DNA of 64,000 nt from an uncultured Elusimicrobia bacterium (GTDB lineage: Bacteria; Elusimicrobiota; Elusimicrobia; UBA1565; UBA9628): the NCBI GenBank assembly GCA_964600165.1, contig CAZRIP010000002.1, positions 16,400 to 80,399 of the forward strand. The letters are read 5' to 3'. Below, in pieces: positions 19,312 through 28,030 of the stretch. Position 1 is the first letter of the stretch; the number at the start of each line of letters is the position of its first letter. The notes beneath the pieces are model-generated. The model did no database searches, was not told the DNA's origin, and saw only the letters and a list, made by a program, of their open reading frames with translations. A program made the translations under genes and the position numbers.

Positions 19312-20676
19312 TTATGTCTTCTTGAGTGCCGTCGAGGCGCCGATGCCCGCGCCGCCGATCACGAAGGCGAGCAGCCCCAGGGGCCCGAGGCCGAGCATCG
19401 TGGCGGCGAGCGCTCCAGCCACCCAGCCGATCGATCCGCCGAGCGCGGCGTCGACCATCTTGTCGGACCAGCTCTTCTTGCCGCCGGAGCCGGCGCCGTC
19501 TCCGGGAGCCTTGGATGGAAACGCCGCGGGCGCGGCATCGGAGCGGCTGCCCGGCGTCACCGCGCCGCCGCCGGGCGCCGGAGGGGGCAAGACGGAAAGG
19601 CTCATTTGCGGGCCGCCGGGCCTCTGCTGCTCTTGGACCTTGCCCGCGTTGGCGGCGTCTTGGCAGAACTTTTGAAGGCCGGGATAGACGGCGCCGACGG
19701 CCGTCACGACGTCGGCCTGGCTCTTGATGGACTCGGGATCGGGCGCGGCGGCGCCGGCGCCGCTCTGCAGCTTGAACGCCTTGAGCTGGTCGAGGGCCGA
19801 GGCGCCGCCTGATCCGGCCGGCGAGCCGAGCAGGACGTCGCAGCCGACGTAGCCGGCGAAGGCCTTATCATCGAAGCCGAGCGGCTTCAAATAGTCGCGC
19901 AGCGGCGACTTCGAGGGATCGTCGGTGTCGTGGCGCGCGGCGTCGAGCGCGGCCGCGTGCCAATCCTTATCCGAGCTGTTGCTCGCGATCTTGGCCAGGT
20001 CGTCGGACGAGGCGATCTTCTTGATGACGGCGCGCTCGATCGGCGAGTAGCTTCGCAGCGCGGCGTCGATATCGGGGGCCGTCGACGGAGAAGGCTGAGG
20101 TTTCGGCTGAGGCGGCGGATCGGGCTGAGGCGCCGGCTTGGACTGAGGCTTGGGCTCGGGTTGCGGCTGGGGCGCCGGCTTGGGCTGCGGCTTTGGCGCG
20201 GGCGGCGCGTCGTTGGCCATCGAATCGGGAGGATGGACGATGACGAGGCTGCCCGTCGCGGACACGCCGCCCGGCGTCGAGGCTTGGCTCAACGGCATCG
20301 AGAACTTCCCGTCGTCGCGCGTGATGTCGCCGTTGGACACCGAATAATGCGAGAGCATCGTCTTGAACGTCGTTTTATACGCCGTCCAAGTCCGGCGCGG
20401 CGGCCAGGCGAACTGCCATTCGGACATCTCGAAGGGGATCTGGCTGACGCTCTCGAAGACGTAGAGCGAGGCGGAAGCGGGATGATCGGGCCCGTAGCAG
20501 TCCTTCCATCGGCACCAGACGTCGTGCGAGACCTTCTGGTCGTCGGTGAAGAATATCTCGGTCCAAGCGCCCCAGCCCTCCTCGGCGGGCGTCCACTGCG
20601 GATATTGCCGGTCCTCCGCGCGCGCGCGCGGCGCGGCCAGCCCCAGGAGCAGCGCGAGAGCGATGAGGATCCTCAT
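19312..20676 (-). CDS. Secreted Pro-rich-linker protein with C-terminal glycine-zipper-like TM hairpin (paralog A)
   Basis: Signal peptide MRILIALALLLGLAAPRARA, PQPKPA linker, C-terminus near-identical to 20753..22069. Confidence 0.75.
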   Translation of the reverse strand: MRILIALALLLGLAAPRARAEDRQYPQWTPAEEGWGAWTEIFFTDDQKVSHDVWCRWKDCYGPDHPASASLYVFESVSQIPFEMSEWQFAWPPRRTWTAYKTTFKTMLSHYSVSNGDITRDDGKFSMPLSQASTPGGVSATGSLVIVHPPDSMANDAPPAPKPQPKPAPQPQPEPKPQSKPAPQPDPPPQPKPQPSPSTAPDIDAALRSYSPIERAVIKKIASSDDLAKIASNSSDKDWHAAALDAARHDTDDPSKSPLRDYLKPLGFDDKAFAGYVGCDVLLGSPAGSGGASALDQLKAFKLQSGAGAAAPDPESIKSQADVVTAVGAVYPGLQKFCQDAANAGKVQEQQRPGGPQMSLSVLPPPAPGGGAVTPGSRSDAAPAAFPSKAPGDGAGSGGKKSWSDKMVDAALGGSIGWVAGALAATMLGLGPLGLLAFVIGGAGIGASTALKKT

Positions 20677-21520
20677 GGCCCTTTCAGGATAGGCCCGCGG
20701 GGTCGAGCTTCGCCAGTCCTGGAAGGCCTGGGCCGGCTGTGGGCCCAAAGGCCTATTTTTTCTTGTCGTCTTTCTTGAGGGCCATCGAGGCGCCGATCGC
20801 CGCGCCGCCGATGAGGAGAGCAAAAAAACCCAAGGGGCCGAGGCCGAGCATCGTCGCGGCCAGCGCCCCGGCCACCCAGCCGATCGACCCGCCGAGCGCG
20901 GCGTCGACCATCTTGTCGGACCAGCTCTTGCCCTTTCCGCCGCCGCCGGCGCCGTCTCCGGGGGCCTTGGACGGGAACGCCGCGGGCGCCGCGTCGGAGC
21001 GGCCGCCGGGCGTCACCGCGCCGGGAGAAGGCACGGGCGTGACGGAAAGGCTCATCTGCGGCAGGTTGGTATTCAAGAGTTGTTGGATCTTGCCCGCGTT
21101 GGCGGTGTCCTGGCAGAACTTCTGCAAGTTGGGATAGATCGCGCCGATGGCCGTGATGACGTCGGCCTGGCTCTTGATCGACTCGGGATTGGGCGCGGCG
21201 GCGCCGGCGGCGCTCTGCAGCCTGAACGCCTTGAGCTGGTCCATGGCCGAAGGGCCGCCCGACGAGGACGTCGGGGAGCCCAGAAGGGTGTCGCAGCCGA
21301 CGTAGGCGGCGAAGGCCTTGGCGTCGAAGCCGAGCGGCTTCAAATAGTCGCGCAGCGGCGACTTCGACGGATCGTCGGTGTCGTGGCGCGCGGCATCGAG
21401 GGCGGCCGCGTGCCAATCCTTCTCGAAGACCTTCTTGGCGATCTTTTGGAGGTCGTCGGGCGAGGCGATCTTCTTGATGATGGCGCGCTCGATCGGCGAG
21501 TAATCGCCGAGCGCGGCGTC
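19325..21520. repeat. Tandem gene-duplication repeat (~19325-20065 vs ~20775-21520)
   Basis: Long near-identical nucleotide runs, e.g. AAGCCGAGCGGCTTCAAATAGTCGCGCAGCGGCGACTTCGA near 19873 and 21327, and CCGCCGAGCGCGGCGTCGACCATCTTGTCGGACCAGCTCTT in both copies. Offset about 1.45 kb. Confidence 0.85.
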
Positions 21521-22069
21521 GACTTGCGCGTCGAGCGCCGGGGGAATCGTGGGCGTGGTCGTCGGCGGAGGCTTCGGCGGCTCTCCGGGCTTGGGCGGCG
21601 CGGGCCCGGCCGGGGCCGGCGCGCCGTCGTTGGCCATGGCCGTCGGGGCGGCGACGACGATCGAAGTGTACTTTCTCCAGTCGACGTCCGACATGTCCTT
21701 CTTGAGATCGATCGCGGGGCCCGCATGGCCGTCGTCGCGGACGATCTTGCCGTCGGCGAGCGAGTAATGCGACAGGGTCGCCGTGAAGAAGCCTCGGGCG
21801 CCCGAGCTCGGCAGCCAGCCGTCCGGCGCGTCCTTCTGCGACTGCGTTAAGACGAACAGCGGTCCCGCGGCCGGTTTGCCCGTGGGCAGGCAATCCTTGA
21901 CGCGGCAGTAGAGCTTATGGAAAACCTTGTTGTCATCCTGGAAAAAGATCATCTTCCAGTCCGACGCTTTCTCGACCTGGGCCTTGGGCCAAGTGGGATA
22001 TTGCGTGTCGGCGCGCGCGAAGGCGCAAAGCACCGACAGCAGCAGCGCGCAGAGGGGTAAGCGCTTCAT
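20753..22069 (-). CDS. Secreted Pro-rich-linker protein with C-terminal glycine-zipper-like TM hairpin (paralog B)
   Basis: Signal peptide MKRLPLCALLLSVLCAFARA, shares motifs throughout with paralog A. Confidence 0.75.
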   Translation of the reverse strand: MKRLPLCALLLSVLCAFARADTQYPTWPKAQVEKASDWKMIFFQDDNKVFHKLYCRVKDCLPTGKPAAGPLFVLTQSQKDAPDGWLPSSGARGFFTATLSHYSLADGKIVRDDGHAGPAIDLKKDMSDVDWRKYTSIVVAAPTAMANDGAPAPAGPAPPKPGEPPKPPPTTTPTIPPALDAQVDAALGDYSPIERAIIKKIASPDDLQKIAKKVFEKDWHAAALDAARHDTDDPSKSPLRDYLKPLGFDAKAFAAYVGCDTLLGSPTSSSGGPSAMDQLKAFRLQSAAGAAAPNPESIKSQADVITAIGAIYPNLQKFCQDTANAGKIQQLLNTNLPQMSLSVTPVPSPGAVTPGGRSDAAPAAFPSKAPGDGAGGGGKGKSWSDKMVDAALGGSIGWVAGALAATMLGLGPLGFFALLIGGAAIGASMALKKDDKKK

Positions 22070-22136
22070 GACCCTTTGAGGATAACCCCTGAACCGTTTT
22101 TTCGCCAGTGCCTAGTCGTCCTTCGGCGAACCGGGT

Positions 22137-22802
22137 CTAAAGACCTACGATCAGGACGCGGCCGTCCGTGCGAAACGCATACCCCTTGTCGTTGACCCCC
22201 TCCAGAGGGATCTGGGGCAGCGCTTGCCAGGCGAGAGAAGCCTTCCCTTTTAAGGAAGCGGCGATGAAGTCGCGCTCGGCGTCCATGTCGGGATCGGGCG
22301 TGTGGGAAAGGTCGGACCACCGCACGAAGAGGTCGAGGTTGCCGCTGCCCCACCACAACTCGCGGCCGCGGCCGTCGACGATCCCCGTGCGCCAAAGGCG
22401 GAAGTGGTGGCGGCTTTCGATCGCGCGGATCGGGCGTGCCCAGTTCATGTCCTGGAAGCGTCCCATCGTCCGGTAGCTGTTCATCGGGGGAAAGCGCGCC
22501 AGCGGCCGGGCGAGCCAAAGATCCTCGAGGCCTTCCGCCAAGCTCTGCGCCGTCGAGCCCGGTACGCGCGACCAGCCCGCGGCCTCGAGCGCCGCCTCGA
22601 TCGCGGCCGCGTCGCCGAAGAAGACCAGGTTGAGCGGGTCGCCCGGACGGCCGAAGCGGCCTTCGTCGCGGGCCGGGAGCGCGCGCATCGCCCGCGCGAC
22701 GTCGTCCGGGGAAAATTGCGCCGGAGGAGCCTGCGCGGGACGCCGGTCGAAGGACAACGCCAACGCCAGCGCCGGCGCGAGCAGCGCGGCGCGGCGGATC
22801 AT
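22137..22802 (-). CDS. LssY C-terminal-like domain protein
   Basis: GDPLNLVFFG, ALEAAGW, RHHFRLW, WWGSGNLD, HTPDPDMDAERDFI match the LssY_C pattern. Signal-like N-terminus, 4-bp overlap with metG. Confidence 0.7.
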   Translation of the reverse strand: MIRRAALLAPALALALSFDRRPAQAPPAQFSPDDVARAMRALPARDEGRFGRPGDPLNLVFFGDAAAIEAALEAAGWSRVPGSTAQSLAEGLEDLWLARPLARFPPMNSYRTMGRFQDMNWARPIRAIESRHHFRLWRTGIVDGRGRELWWGSGNLDLFVRWSDLSHTPDPDMDAERDFIAASLKGKASLAWQALPQIPLEGVNDKGYAFRTDGRVLIVGL

Positions 22803-24319
22803 GCCTTGCGCGGGAAAAGCGGCGGCCCCTTTTGGATCTTGCCCTCGCCTTTCTGCTTGCCTTTCATCACGTCCTCGGCGGACAGCGCGTCGGGGAACTG
22901 CCGAACGCCCAGGCGGGTCTGCAGCTCGGCCATCTTGCGGGGCATGAACGGCTCGATCCACGCGGCGATGATGCGAAGGCACCAGACCATGTCGAAAAGG
23001 AGCGCGCGGGCTTTCTGGTGATCCTCGGGCTTGGCCGTCTTGAAAAGCTTCCAAGGCTCCTCGGCGGCGACGCGCTCGTTGAGCTGCCGGACGATGGACC
23101 AGATGATTCCCAGCGCGCCCGAGAAATCGAGACGCTCCATGCACGCCTCGTAATCCTTGGCGCGCTCGGCGACCTTCTTGGGATAGACGTCTTTTTCGGG
23201 ATCCGAGCGTTTGGGCAGCTCGCCGTTCATGTTCGCGTCGATGAGGTTCTCGACTCGAGACACGAGATTCCCGAGATCATTCGCGAGATCGGCGTTGTAG
23301 CGCGCCTTGAGCGAGGCGATCGAGAAGTCCCCGTCGTTGCCGAAGGGCATCTCGCGCAGCAGGAAGAAGCGGAAGGCGTCGACCCCGAAATCCCTGGTGA
23401 CCTCGGTGGGGTCGACGAAGTTGCCCTTCGACTTCGACATCTTCTGGCCGTCGACGGTCCACCACCCGTGGGCGAAGACCTTCTCAGGCAGCTCGAGCCC
23501 GGCGGCCATGAGCATCGCCGGCCACGTCACGGAGTGGAAGCGGTAGATCTCCTTGCCGACGATGTGGACGTCGGCGGGCCAGCCGCCCGCGGCGGCGGAC
23601 ACGTAGTTGATCAGCGCGTCGAACCAAACATAGACCGTCTGGTCCGGATCGCCGGGCACCGGGATGCCCCATTTGACCTTGGCCCGGGAGACCGAGACGT
23701 CCTGAAGCCCCTGCTTGACGAAAGAAAGGATCTCGTTGCCGCGGTGGGTCGGCGACAGGAACTGCGGATGCTTGGCGTAATGATCGAGCAGCGGCTTCTC
23801 GTATTTCGAAAGCTTGAAAAACCAGCTGTCCTCGCTGACGAACTGCAGCTCGCGCCGGCAGTCCGGGTTCGGGCAGAGGCGCTTGCCGGTCTTGTGGTCG
23901 GGCGGGGCCTCTTTCTCCGTCCAAAACGTCTCGTCCGAGACGCAGTAATAGCCCTCGTACTTTCCTTTATATAGGTCGCCGGCGGCCGCGAGCTTGGTCC
24001 AGATCTCGACGACGGTCTTGTCGTGGCGCGGCTCGGTCGTGCGGATGAAATCGTCGTTGCTGATGTCGAGGTGTTTCCACAGCGCGCGGAACTCCTCGGA
24101 GATCGCGTCGGCGTAATCCTTCGGGGACTTGTCGTGCGCCGCCGCCGCCTGCTCGATCTTCAAGCCGTGCTCGTCGGTGCCGGTCAAGAAGTGGACTTCG
24201 CGCCCGCGGTGGCGATAAAAGCGCGCTAGCACGTCGGCCGCGACCGTGGTGTAGGCGTGGCCGATGTGCGGGGACGCGTTGATGTAATAGATCGGCGTCG
24301 TGAGGTAGAACTTCTTCAT
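22799..24319 (-). CDS. metG: Methionine--tRNA ligase (short form, no C-terminal tRNA-binding dimer domain)
   Basis: MKKFYLTTPIYYIN, HIGH, FLTGTDEHG, YVWFDALINY, KMSKS. Confidence 0.95.
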   Translation of the reverse strand: MKKFYLTTPIYYINASPHIGHAYTTVAADVLARFYRHRGREVHFLTGTDEHGLKIEQAAAAHDKSPKDYADAISEEFRALWKHLDISNDDFIRTTEPRHDKTVVEIWTKLAAAGDLYKGKYEGYYCVSDETFWTEKEAPPDHKTGKRLCPNPDCRRELQFVSEDSWFFKLSKYEKPLLDHYAKHPQFLSPTHRGNEILSFVKQGLQDVSVSRAKVKWGIPVPGDPDQTVYVWFDALINYVSAAAGGWPADVHIVGKEIYRFHSVTWPAMLMAAGLELPEKVFAHGWWTVDGQKMSKSKGNFVDPTEVTRDFGVDAFRFFLLREMPFGNDGDFSIASLKARYNADLANDLGNLVSRVENLIDANMNGELPKRSDPEKDVYPKKVAERAKDYEACMERLDFSGALGIIWSIVRQLNERVAAEEPWKLFKTAKPEDHQKARALLFDMVWCLRIIAAWIEPFMPRKMAELQTRLGVRQFPDALSAEDVMKGKQKGEGKIQKGPPLFPRKA

Positions 24320-24329
24320 GCGGCGGAGA

Positions 24330-25256
24330 TTATAGCCTTTCGGCTTCGAGGCCCGCCAACGCGAGGACCGACTTGGGATCGGCGTTGGCGCGCAGCGCCT
24401 GACGCAAGGAGACGATCTCACGCAGCGGCTTCTCGACTTGGGCGAACGTCTTGCGCCCGCTCAAGTGCTCGAGGCGCAGCTTCTGGGCGAGGGAAAAGAG
24501 CGCGAGCTCCGCCTGCGAGCGAGCGAGGTAAAGCTCCTTGGGCAGCGCGTCGGCGGCCGAAAAAGGCGCGAGCGGCCCGTCGCAAAGGCTCTCGGGGTAG
24601 CCCGGGCTTTGCGCGAGCGCCAGCGCGCGGCTGACGGAGCCCTCGCACAAGGCCCCCAGCCGCGCGGCCTCGGGAGCGGCCATGCCCGACGCCCCGAGGA
24701 CGGCGGAGACGTCGGCCGCGGAAAGCGGCGCGAACGGGATCTTGACGCAGCGCGAGGCGACCGTCCTCGGCAGCCGCTCAGGCTGCGCGGTGACGAGGAT
24801 CCAAAGGCTCTTGCGAGGCGGCTCTTCCAAGATCTTGAGCAGCGCGTTGGCGGCCTCGATCTCGAGGGTGTGCGCGTCGTCGAGCAGCGCGACCTTCCAG
24901 CCGCCGAGCAGCGACTCGAGCTCCATGTCGCGGCGCAGGTGGCGGATCGTGTCGACGCGCAGAGAGCGCTGCTTGGCGGCGTCCTCTTCTCGCAGCGACG
25001 CTTGATACTCGGCGTCGACGATCTTGATGTCCGGGTGGCGGCGCGAGCCGACGGCTTGGCAGTCGCCGCAGGCGCCGCAGCCGCCGACGACGCCGGAAGC
25101 TTCGCGGCAGACCAAGCCCTGCGCCAGCGCGCGCGCCGCGAGGGCCTTGCCGACGCCCTCCGGCCCGACGAGCAGAAGAGCCGAGGGGACGCGGGCGGCC
25201 TCGAGCATCGCCGACAGCCGTTTGAGAGCTCGTTTTTGGCCGAGGATCCTGGTCAC
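24330..25256 (-). CDS. holB: DNA polymerase III subunit delta'
   Basis: GPEGVGKA, zinc motif CGACGDC, HPDIKI, AANALLKILEEPP, TVASRC. Start placed at GTG 25256 because TAAAAT lies 8 nt upstream; ATG 25274 is the alternative. Confidence 0.88.
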   Translation of the reverse strand: MTRILGQKRALKRLSAMLEAARVPSALLLVGPEGVGKALAARALAQGLVCREASGVVGGCGACGDCQAVGSRRHPDIKIVDAEYQASLREEDAAKQRSLRVDTIRHLRRDMELESLLGGWKVALLDDAHTLEIEAANALLKILEEPPRKSLWILVTAQPERLPRTVASRCVKIPFAPLSAADVSAVLGASGMAAPEAARLGALCEGSVSRALALAQSPGYPESLCDGPLAPFSAADALPKELYLARSQAELALFSLAQKLRLEHLSGRKTFAQVEKPLREIVSLRQALRANADPKSVLALAGLEAERL

Positions 25257-25346
25257 CTGACGCGATTTTAACATATCCCCCCGGACGCGAAATCATTACA
25301 TGGCTTTGAAGTCTTCGTTGAGTCCCGGGTGGTATCATGCGCACTT

Positions 25347-26624
25347 ATGGAGAGCCCAAATCCGCCGCGCGCCGAGCCCAGGGACGTCTTGGAAAGGCTC
25401 AAGAGCGAAGGGACTCGCTTCGTTGAGCTTTGGTTCACGGACCTGTCGGGAAAGCCCTGGCGCGTCAACCTTCCGGCGAGCCACGTCGACGAGGCGGCTT
25501 TCGCGGAAGGGGTCACGCTCGACGGCCCGTCCACGGGCCGGCCGTGGCGCGGGCTCTTCACGCTCCTTCCCGATCCCGCGTCGTGCTTCTCGCACCCCGT
25601 GGCGAAGACGCCCACGCTCGCGATCTTCTGCGACGTGCGCGAGACCGAGTCGCGCTCGACGGCGGGGGACGCGCGCGGCGCGCTGCGGCGCGCGCAGCAG
25701 CAACTCGGCCGCTCCGGCGTCGCCGACCGGCTCGTCGTCGGCGCCGAGTGCGAGTTTTTCCTCTTGGAGGAAGCCCACGGCGCGGCCGCGTGCGAGGAGG
25801 AGGTGTGGGATTTCCTGAGGTCCCTGGCGCTCGGGCTCGAGGAAGCGGGCATCGTCGTCGAGGGCTTCCGGTACGGGCCGGCGAGCGGCCAAGGCCGCGT
25901 TCAGATGCGCTGGGATCAGTCGCTCAAGATCGCCGACCAAGTCCAACTTTATCAACACGTCGCCAAGACGATCGCGCGGCGCTCGGGCCGGGTCGCGACG
26001 TTCGTGCCCAAGCCGCTTCCCGGGTTCGGCGCGGCCTCGATGCCGGTGCACCATTCGTTGTGGATCGGCGATAAGAACCTCTTCCATAAAGACGACGGCT
26101 GGGCCCTGACGAGCGACGTCTGCCGGTGGTGGGCGGGCGGCCTCTTGGCGCACGCCCCGTCGCTTCTCGCGTTCTGCTCGCCGACGGTCAACTCATACCG
26201 GAGATTGAGCGTTCCCGGATCGCCCACGGCGCTCGTCTTGTCTCGCGCGAAGGCGGAGGCGGCTTGCCGCATCCCCGCGCGCTTCATCGAGCCCCGGGCG
26301 CGCCGGCTCAAGTTCCGGCTCTGCGACGCGAGCGTCAATCCCTACTTGGCCTTCGCGGCCATGCTGATGGCGGGCCTCGACGGAGTGATGCGCAAGCTCG
26401 ACCCGCCGCTCGAGGACGCGCGAAGCCCGTTTTTCCTTCCGCGCTCGCTCGACGAGGCGCTGGAAGCGCTCGAGACGGACCACGCCTTTCTCGAGGAGGG
26501 CGGCGTCTTCGCGCCCGAGTTGATCTCCGCGTGGATCTCGCAACGCCGTCAAAGCCAAGTCGACGCGTTGCGGGCGTTGCCGCATCCGATGGAGCGTCTG
26601 CTCCAAATAGATCACGGGTTCTGA
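25347..26624 (+). CDS. Glutamine synthetase type I-like protein, catalytically degenerate
   Basis: GSI scaffold present (FVELWFTDLSGK, GAECEFFL, ATFVPKP, PTVNSYRRL, NPYLAFAAMLMAGLDG, LDEALEAL, HPME). Many metal, ATP and glutamate ligands are substituted. Confidence 0.85.
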   Translation: MESPNPPRAEPRDVLERLKSEGTRFVELWFTDLSGKPWRVNLPASHVDEAAFAEGVTLDGPSTGRPWRGLFTLLPDPASCFSHPVAKTPTLAIFCDVRETESRSTAGDARGALRRAQQQLGRSGVADRLVVGAECEFFLLEEAHGAAACEEEVWDFLRSLALGLEEAGIVVEGFRYGPASGQGRVQMRWDQSLKIADQVQLYQHVAKTIARRSGRVATFVPKPLPGFGAASMPVHHSLWIGDKNLFHKDDGWALTSDVCRWWAGGLLAHAPSLLAFCSPTVNSYRRLSVPGSPTALVLSRAKAEAACRIPARFIEPRARRLKFRLCDASVNPYLAFAAMLMAGLDGVMRKLDPPLEDARSPFFLPRSLDEALEALETDHAFLEEGGVFAPELISAWISQRRQSQVDALRALPHPMERLLQIDHGF

Positions 26625-26639
26625 CCCGGAGGGGGCATC

Positions 26640-27347
26640 ATGATCATGGCCGCGCATCAGCCGAACTTCCTGCCGTGGCTCGGTTTCTTCGACAGGATGC
26701 GCCAAGCCGACGTGTTCGTGATCGTCGACCACGTGCAGTTCGAGCGGCAGAACTATCAAAACCGCGTGCTGATCAAGACCGACGGCGGGCCGCGCTGGAT
26801 CACGGTGCCCGTCCAGCAGCGCGCGCGCGAGGAGACCATCCTTGAGAAGAGGATCTGCGCCGACGCAGGAGGCAAGCACGATTGGCGCCGCCGCTTGTCG
26901 CGCACGCTCGAGCAGTCTTACGCTCGAGCGCCGCATTTCAAGGAATACGCGAGGCCGTTCTTGGAGCAGCTGTCGGCTCCGGGAGAGAGCTTGGTCGAGC
27001 TCAACGTGCGCATGATCGAGACGGCGATGCGCTCCCTCGGCATCGAGAAGCGGCTCGTGCGCAGCTCGACGCTCGCCATCACCGGAGCCAAGTCGGACAT
27101 GGTCCTCAACCTCTGCAAGGCCGTCGGAGCCGACGCGTACTTGGCCGGGCTCGGCGGCTCGCATCAGTACCTCGACGAGGCGGCGTTCAAGGAGGCCGGC
27201 GTCGAGGTGCGGTGGCAGCGATTCGAGCATCCGGTCTACCCGCAGGAGCCGTCCGTCGTCCCGTTCGCCCCGGGGCTCTCGGTCATAGATCTTCTCGTCA
27301 ACTGCGGGCCGCGCAGCGGCAGCGTCATCGCGGGGAGGCCGTCGTGA
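26640..27347 (+). CDS. WbqC family protein
   Basis: AHQPNFLPWLGFFDRM..AD.FVIVDHVQF..QNYQNRV.I, HYARAP, CKAVGADAYL.G, GLSVIDLL.NCG. Confidence 0.9.
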   Translation: MIMAAHQPNFLPWLGFFDRMRQADVFVIVDHVQFERQNYQNRVLIKTDGGPRWITVPVQQRAREETILEKRICADAGGKHDWRRRLSRTLEQSYARAPHFKEYARPFLEQLSAPGESLVELNVRMIETAMRSLGIEKRLVRSSTLAITGAKSDMVLNLCKAVGADAYLAGLGGSHQYLDEAAFKEAGVEVRWQRFEHPVYPQEPSVVPFAPGLSVIDLLVNCGPRSGSVIAGRPS

Positions 27348-28030
27348 CCAACAAGACCGACAAGGCGGCCGGCGAAGCCGTCAAGTTCGACGGGATGCGC
27401 CTGGACGCGCGCTATACCGGCAAGACGGTGCTCGTTTTAGGAGCGCACCCCGACGATATGGAGCTGGGCGTCGGGGGAACGATCGCGCGGCTGTCCAAGG
27501 TCGCGCGGGTGATCATGGCGATCGTCGGCGTGCCGAGCAAGCTCGACATCCGGCTGGCCGAGGCCGCGCGCTCGGCCGCGATCTTGGGCGCCGAGCTCAC
27601 GGTGCTCGTGCCGGACGCTTGCTGCCGCGTCGAGGATCTGAAGACCTACGAGCTCGTCGGCATGCTCGACGCGCTGGTCGAGCGGTTTCAGCCGGCGCTG
27701 ACGCTCTCGCACGGCCCGTCGGACTTTCATAAGGACCATACGCTCGTGTTCAACGCCTGCGTGGCCATGCAGCGGCTCGCGTCATTCGACGTGCTCTGCT
27801 ATCGTCCGACGGCCACCCGCCCGACGAGCGTCGGGTTCCAGCCGGAGCTCTTCGTCGACATCTCGGACACGATCGACGTCAAGATGGACGCCATCGCCGC
27901 TCACGAAAGCCAGTTCGCCGCGCGCGGCCTTCCGATCGAGTCTTTCCGCGACCAGGCCCGGGACTACGGCCGCGCCGTCGGCGTGACGTTCGCCGAGGCG
28001 CTCGAAGTCAGCCGGCTGGTCTTCACTTGA
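27344..28030 (+). CDS. PIG-L / LmbE family deacetylase
   Basis: AHPDDMELG and HKDH metal motifs, FVDISDTIDVK..AIAAHESQF. GTG start overlaps the wbqC stop. Confidence 0.85.
   Translation: MTNKTDKAAGEAVKFDGMRLDARYTGKTVLVLGAHPDDMELGVGGTIARLSKVARVIMAIVGVPSKLDIRLAEAARSAAILGAELTVLVPDACCRVEDLKTYELVGMLDALVERFQPALTLSHGPSDFHKDHTLVFNACVAMQRLASFDVLCYRPTATRPTSVGFQPELFVDISDTIDVKMDAIAAHESQFAARGLPIESFRDQARDYGRAVGVTFAEALEVSRLVFT

Noticed and set aside
19312-22069. CRISPR array or IS-derived repeat
   Set aside because: The repeats are long in-frame coding duplications, with no short repeat-spacer periodicity and no transposase or terminal inverted repeats.
25347-26624. Calling this gene glnA, or a pseudogene
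   Set aside because: Key catalytic residues are missing, so glnA is unsupported. The ORF is uninterrupted and operon-coupled, so a decayed pseudogene is also unsupported.
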